DNA of 27,188 bases, from the IMG/VR virus record IMGVR_UViG_3300001480_000091; one strand, 5' to 3'. Position 1 is the first letter of the stretch; each line of letters starts with the position of its first letter. The position numbers were made by a program, and so were the translations under genes. Shown here piece by piece: positions 23,267 through 27,188 of the stretch. The notes under the pieces were generated by a model, which searched no databases, had not been told where the DNA came from, and saw only the letters and a program-made list of their open reading frames with translations. The DNA is from a virus.

Positions 23267-23281
23267 CTTTTCCATAATTGT

Positions 23282-23884
23282 TTAACCTAATTTTGCTAAT
23301 ACTGATTCTTTTAGCTTTCTTAGTTCTTCTAATCTTTGTTTTTCTTCATGTTCTTTTCTTATTTGTTCTCTCCTAGCTAAGAAATCACTATTATTAATAT
23401 CTCTTGCTACTGATACATCAGTTGCATTGTAAAATGGTTGATCTACTACTGATACATCAAATAATTTACCTATTTTAGTAATTGTTCTTGTATCAGTATC
23501 ATAATCATATGTATCTTCTTCTACAGTGAATGCAAATGATTGTTTATCTATTAATTTACTTTTTACAGCATTAAATATATTTTTATGTTCTGTAATATCA
23601 TCTTGTAATGTAGCATCCATAAATAAACCTTTATCATCTACATCTAGTTTTAATGATTTATTTCTAGTTCTTGCTAATACCATAAATGAATCATTGTGAT
23701 TGTATCTAAGAACTACATCTGACATATCAGCTTCATCAAATGCTGTAGGTGCTATTATTTCAGTATATCCATATGTTTCTGGACTATTGAATACTGCTGC
23801 ATAACCTTTAATTTCCATTTTTCCTTCATCTGTATCTTCTGCCCTGAATTGTAAATCTAATTTTCTAGTTTCCTTCTCCTTCAT
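23282..23884 (-). CDS. Prohead maturation protease (HK97 / S78 family)
   Basis: It has EIKGYAAVFNSPE...RYNHNDSFMVLARTRN...LKLDVDDKGL motifs. The start is chosen at the second Met of MKMKEKE (SD AGGAGG, 8-nt spacing). Starts at 23890 or 23932 are also possible. Confidence 0.88.
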   Translation of the reverse strand: MKEKETRKLDLQFRAEDTDEGKMEIKGYAAVFNSPETYGYTEIIAPTAFDEADMSDVVLRYNHNDSFMVLARTRNKSLKLDVDDKGLFMDATLQDDITEHKNIFNAVKSKLIDKQSFAFTVEEDTYDYDTDTRTITKIGKLFDVSVVDQPFYNATDVSVARDINNSDFLARREQIRKEHEEKQRLEELRKLKESVLAKLG

Positions 23885-25115
23885 TTTCATTTCCTCCTTC
23901 TTCATCTGTGTTATTAGTATCAGTAGAATCATTACCTAACTGATAATCATTAGCTATATTACTGTCTATATGGTTTAAATCTTGAAGTATAACATCTCCA
24001 TCTTCTCTTGGTGCTAAATTAAACACTTCTCTTAATTCATTTACTGTCATAATGTTATTTGCATATCTTAATAATTCTATTTTTGTCTTATTACTTGCAT
24101 ATTGTAATCTATTACTTTCAAATAATATTTCATGTCCAAAATACTTTTGTGTTGAAGTGAATATTTTATTTGAAAACTCTAGACTCATTTGTAATCCTAT
24201 AGGTTCTAATATTGATTCATAAAAAGCATTCCATTGATCTTCTGAATATTTAGATTGGATAATTTCTTCACTTATACCAAAATAAGATAATAATTTATCA
24301 TCTATGCTCTTTACTTGACTATCACTAGCTGTAGTTGGCTCTATTTTTACAGGAGTAAAATCTGTTGTTGCATCTAATCCACCTATTCCAGATTTATCTC
24401 CACCTTTAACAAAATCAGAAACAAATTGATCTCTCATTTTCTTAACATCTTCTGGCTTTAACATTGCCTTTGTAGATTTGATTACACCTTTAATTGATTG
24501 AGTAGTTTTAATTGCATTTACAATTCCTTCATCCAATACATGTTTAATAGATAATGTTTTTATAATTGGTTTAGGACTACCACCAAATAATCCATCTTCT
24601 CCTACAAATCTTGTTAAATGAATACAATCATCATATGCTACAAATCTTTCTTTAGTTCTGCCAAACTTGAACTTTAACCATATTTGTCCTTTATATTCAT
24701 AATATTTTCCTTCACTAAAATTTAATGGATATAATCCTGTTACATTCAAATTTTCATCTCTTTGAACATAAATAAAAGAGTCATTATATAACTCTAAATT
24801 ACTTATTACTTGATAATAAAATTGATAAGCATTTTGAACTTCATTAGGTCTTTTAGCTAACAAAGAATACAAATTATCTTTTAAATTTTCCATTTTACCA
24901 GCAAAGTTTCTTATATGTCTAGGATGCATTTTAGCTCCATTTCTTGCTATAGCATCTATGCACTTTAATACATCAGGATCATTTTCAAAATCTCCCTTAT
25001 ATGGAGTAAATACAGCTTTTCTATCATCTAATATTTTTACTTCTGTTGCTGTTTCTGGTGCAGTTGTATTCTTATCATTACCAAATATGTTGCTAAACCA
25101 ACTTCTTAGTTCCAT
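23865..25115 (-). CDS. Portal protein (HK97 family)
   Basis: 416 aa with a TAATG overlap with terL and an acidic C-terminus. It sits between the terminase and the protease. Confidence 0.92.
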   Translation of the reverse strand: MELRSWFSNIFGNDKNTTAPETATEVKILDDRKAVFTPYKGDFENDPDVLKCIDAIARNGAKMHPRHIRNFAGKMENLKDNLYSLLAKRPNEVQNAYQFYYQVISNLELYNDSFIYVQRDENLNVTGLYPLNFSEGKYYEYKGQIWLKFKFGRTKERFVAYDDCIHLTRFVGEDGLFGGSPKPIIKTLSIKHVLDEGIVNAIKTTQSIKGVIKSTKAMLKPEDVKKMRDQFVSDFVKGGDKSGIGGLDATTDFTPVKIEPTTASDSQVKSIDDKLLSYFGISEEIIQSKYSEDQWNAFYESILEPIGLQMSLEFSNKIFTSTQKYFGHEILFESNRLQYASNKTKIELLRYANNIMTVNELREVFNLAPREDGDVILQDLNHIDSNIANDYQLGNDSTDTNNTDEEGGNENEGEGN

Positions 25116-26800
25116 TATTTAACCTCCTCACTAATATAATTTAAGTATTCTTGTTGTCTATTGATATAAATGACATATGCATCCATTAAAGAGGCAGCTC
25201 CATCAATTCTTTGCCTTGCTTTTTCCTTTGATAACATAATGTTTTCATTGTCATCAACTTTAACTACAACATTTGATAGATTCCACTTTAAAATTGGATT
25301 ATTGTTATAATTTATCTTTTTATCCATTAAATCAGCTTTCATTTGTTTTAATGGTGCTGATTCAGTCTTATAACCTTGTCTTATTTCTTGCATTGTAAAC
25401 CCATATGAAGTCATTTCATCACACCAAAATTGAGCATTCCAACTATCATAACCTACCCATAATGGTCTTAAGTCATTTTCTTGAACTTGTTCCAAAAACC
25501 ATGATGTTACATCATGATAATCAATTTTGGATGTTCCTGATAATCTTAATAATCCATTTTTTAACCATTTATCATATGGGATTTTATCTTCTGTAACTTT
25601 TTTCTCTAAAAAGTTAGCTGGAATCCAATACATTTGCTTTACTCTTATTTTTCCTTTTACAACACCTAATAATGTTGCACAAGTTAAGTCTGTAGTGCTT
25701 GACAAATCACATCCACCAATGCAGTAGCAATCTTTCCAATCAGAATAGATTTCTTCATTATTCAAATCTTCAAATGTAAGCCATGCATTTATACTATTTT
25801 GTCTTACATTGAAATCTTTACATAATAAGTTGACTAACTCTATTGGATTATTTTTTGCTCTTTCTACTTTTTCTCTTAAATTCTTTATTGATTTAATTTT
25901 TCCTAATGCTGGATTAGCTTTATACCAGCATTCTTCATTTGTCCATTCTTTTTCATTGTCTAATTCATAAATAATTGGTAATAGAACATCATCTTGTATT
26001 GAACCTTCTATTACTTGTGCAGCATAGTCATATTCAATATCAAATACATTTTGTCTTACAGTTCCCATAGTAGAAGTTTCTAATAATAATGGCTGTTCTC
26101 TTGCACTCATAGAATCATACATGACATCTAATAAATTTTTATCTTTCCATGCATGGACTTCATCAGCAACTACTAAATGTGCATTTAAACCATCTAATGA
26201 ATTGCTATCAGATGCTAATGCTCTAAATGATGAATCAGTAGCATCATAATATATTCCACCTATTAGACATCTTATTCTTTTTGCTAGAGATGGACTTTTT
26301 TTTATCATTTTCTTGCTTTCTTCCCAAACAATTTTTGATTGATCTCTTTTAGTAGCAATAGAATATATTTCTGCTCCACCTTCTCCATCTTTAGTAAGCA
26401 TAAAATTAGCTATTCCAGAATCTAATACAGATTTTCCATTTTTTCTAGCAACAAATAATATTGCTTTTCTATATTGTCTAAAACCTGTATCTTTATCTAC
26501 AAATCCAAACAATGCTTGTAGAAATGCTTTTTGAAATAGTTCTAATTTAAGTGGTTTTCCATTCCATTTGCCTTTAGATTGTCTACAATATTTTTCTATA
26601 AAATGAATACATCTTAAAGATTTTTTTTCATCAAAAATATAAGTATGATTTTCATTTTCTCCTGTTACTTTATTAAAAAAAGAAACCTTTTGTGGTTTCT
26701 TCAATTTTTTTACTAAATTTTTATATACTGTCTTTACTTTTATTCCAACTTTATTTGGATTTTTTTTAATCCATTCATAGTATTCTTCAATATATGTCAT
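25115..26800 (-). CDS. terL: Terminase large subunit
   Basis: 561 aa with Walker A (VARKNGKS), Walker B-like (LVVADEVHAW) and a C-terminal nuclease region. It has an ATGA overlap with terS. Confidence 0.95.
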   Translation of the reverse strand: MTYIEEYYEWIKKNPNKVGIKVKTVYKNLVKKLKKPQKVSFFNKVTGENENHTYIFDEKKSLRCIHFIEKYCRQSKGKWNGKPLKLELFQKAFLQALFGFVDKDTGFRQYRKAILFVARKNGKSVLDSGIANFMLTKDGEGGAEIYSIATKRDQSKIVWEESKKMIKKSPSLAKRIRCLIGGIYYDATDSSFRALASDSNSLDGLNAHLVVADEVHAWKDKNLLDVMYDSMSAREQPLLLETSTMGTVRQNVFDIEYDYAAQVIEGSIQDDVLLPIIYELDNEKEWTNEECWYKANPALGKIKSIKNLREKVERAKNNPIELVNLLCKDFNVRQNSINAWLTFEDLNNEEIYSDWKDCYCIGGCDLSSTTDLTCATLLGVVKGKIRVKQMYWIPANFLEKKVTEDKIPYDKWLKNGLLRLSGTSKIDYHDVTSWFLEQVQENDLRPLWVGYDSWNAQFWCDEMTSYGFTMQEIRQGYKTESAPLKQMKADLMDKKINYNNNPILKWNLSNVVVKVDDNENIMLSKEKARQRIDGAASLMDAYVIYINRQQEYLNYISEEVK

Positions 26801-27123
26801 AGTTCATCATTATCAAAATCATCAAAATTATCAGATAATTCTTTAGGAATTAATTCATATACTTGCTTTATAGTTGAATTATAATTTTTTATCATTGCAT
26901 TGTATTGAGTAATTGCTGGATTAGCTCTATCAATAAAATATTTTCCTTGATCCATCTGTGTAACTACTCCATTTTTTGTAATTTCACTTTTTAATTTTGC
27001 CATTGTTTTTTTCATGAACTCTAATTCTTTAATTAAAGCTAATCCTAACATAGACTTATCTTCTGGCATCTCATTTAACACATTTTTAACTGCTTTAAAG
27101 TTAATTGCTTTACTTTTAGTCAT
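26797..27123 (-). CDS. terS: Terminase small subunit (P27-like)
   Basis: The start is taken at MTKSKAINFK (ATG 27121-27123, SD AGGAGCAG). The track's start at 27180 lies in the leader. It is 108 aa with ...DRANPAITQYNAMIKNY... and an acidic tail. Confidence 0.82.
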   Translation of the reverse strand: MTKSKAINFKAVKNVLNEMPEDKSMLGLALIKELEFMKKTMAKLKSEITKNGVVTQMDQGKYFIDRANPAITQYNAMIKNYNSTIKQVYELIPKELSDNFDDFDNDEL

Positions 27124-27188
27124 TTTACTGCTCCTTTCACAAATTATGGGGGTATTTGCATGAATTTGCACATTTTTCAAAGGCCCTT
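27072..27188. repeat. Right copy of the exact 117-bp direct terminal repeat
   Basis: Base-for-base identical to 1-117. Confidence 0.97.

Noticed and set aside
23199-23275. 25-codon ORF (MEKHLERCFFVAGEQLSCINRQLES) covering the three GGAG hairpins
   Set aside because: It has no convincing SD. The CUGGAGAG core is read in different frames in the different copies, so the conservation is at the nucleotide and structure level, not the peptide level.
427-25727. All nine plus-strand ORFs in the track (427-729, 2379-2594, 5113-5304, 13038-13238, 15769-16038, 20606-20800, 22729-23178, 25405-25596, 25527-25727)
   Set aside because: Each lies antisense inside a well-supported minus-strand gene or spacer. 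None has an SD. They translate to low-complexity Phe/Ser/Ile/Leu-rich strings typical of the reverse frame of AT-rich coding DNA, including the 149-aa one opposite the capsid gene.

Overview
The window is one complete copy of a small, very AT-rich tailed-phage genome. Bases 1-117 are repeated exactly at 27072-27188, so the unit length is 27,071 bp and the contig closes on itself. This reflects either a circular or concatemeric assembly, or true terminal redundancy. Every credible gene is on the minus strand. Genes are tightly packed, often with overlapping stop/start signals (ATGA, TAATG). In transcription order (high to low coordinates) the genome reads as follows. Packaging and head: P27-like small terminase, large terminase, HK97-type portal, prohead protease, HK97-fold major capsid protein, four head-tail joining proteins. 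Tail: major tail protein, tape measure, Dit, Tal, tail fibre with a collar domain. Lysis: membrane protein, holin, GH25/CW_7/LysM endolysin, then a strong terminator. Next come a promoter-plus-gene 'moron' for a tail-anchored membrane protein and an early control region with two sigma-A-like promoters and a leader terminator. Early genes: Cro-like HTH, membrane protein, DnaD-type replisome organiser with internal iterons, DnaB-like helicase, about 20 small ORFs of unknown function, an orphan beta-class DNA methyltransferase, and a tyrosine recombinase that is only a catalytic domain. The late control end holds a sigma-70-region-4/DUF1492-like late regulator, a terminator, an HNH protein, a ~330 nt non-coding structured element, a tail-assembly-chaperone-like gene with an out-of-frame extension, a small E/K-rich protein, and a second HNH nuclease abutting the terminase. 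I saw no repressor or lysogeny switch, tRNA, rRNA, CRISPR array or IS element. The leads most worth a second look are: (1) the 330-nt structured, repeat-rich non-coding element at 1297-1625; (2) the displaced chaperone-like gene pair needing a +1/-2 shift, while the usual slot between tail tube and tape measure is empty; (3) three covarying GGAG-loop hairpins in front of the capsid gene; (4) a terminator/antiterminator-type leader in front of the first early gene. All functional calls come from reading motifs by eye, and no database search was run.
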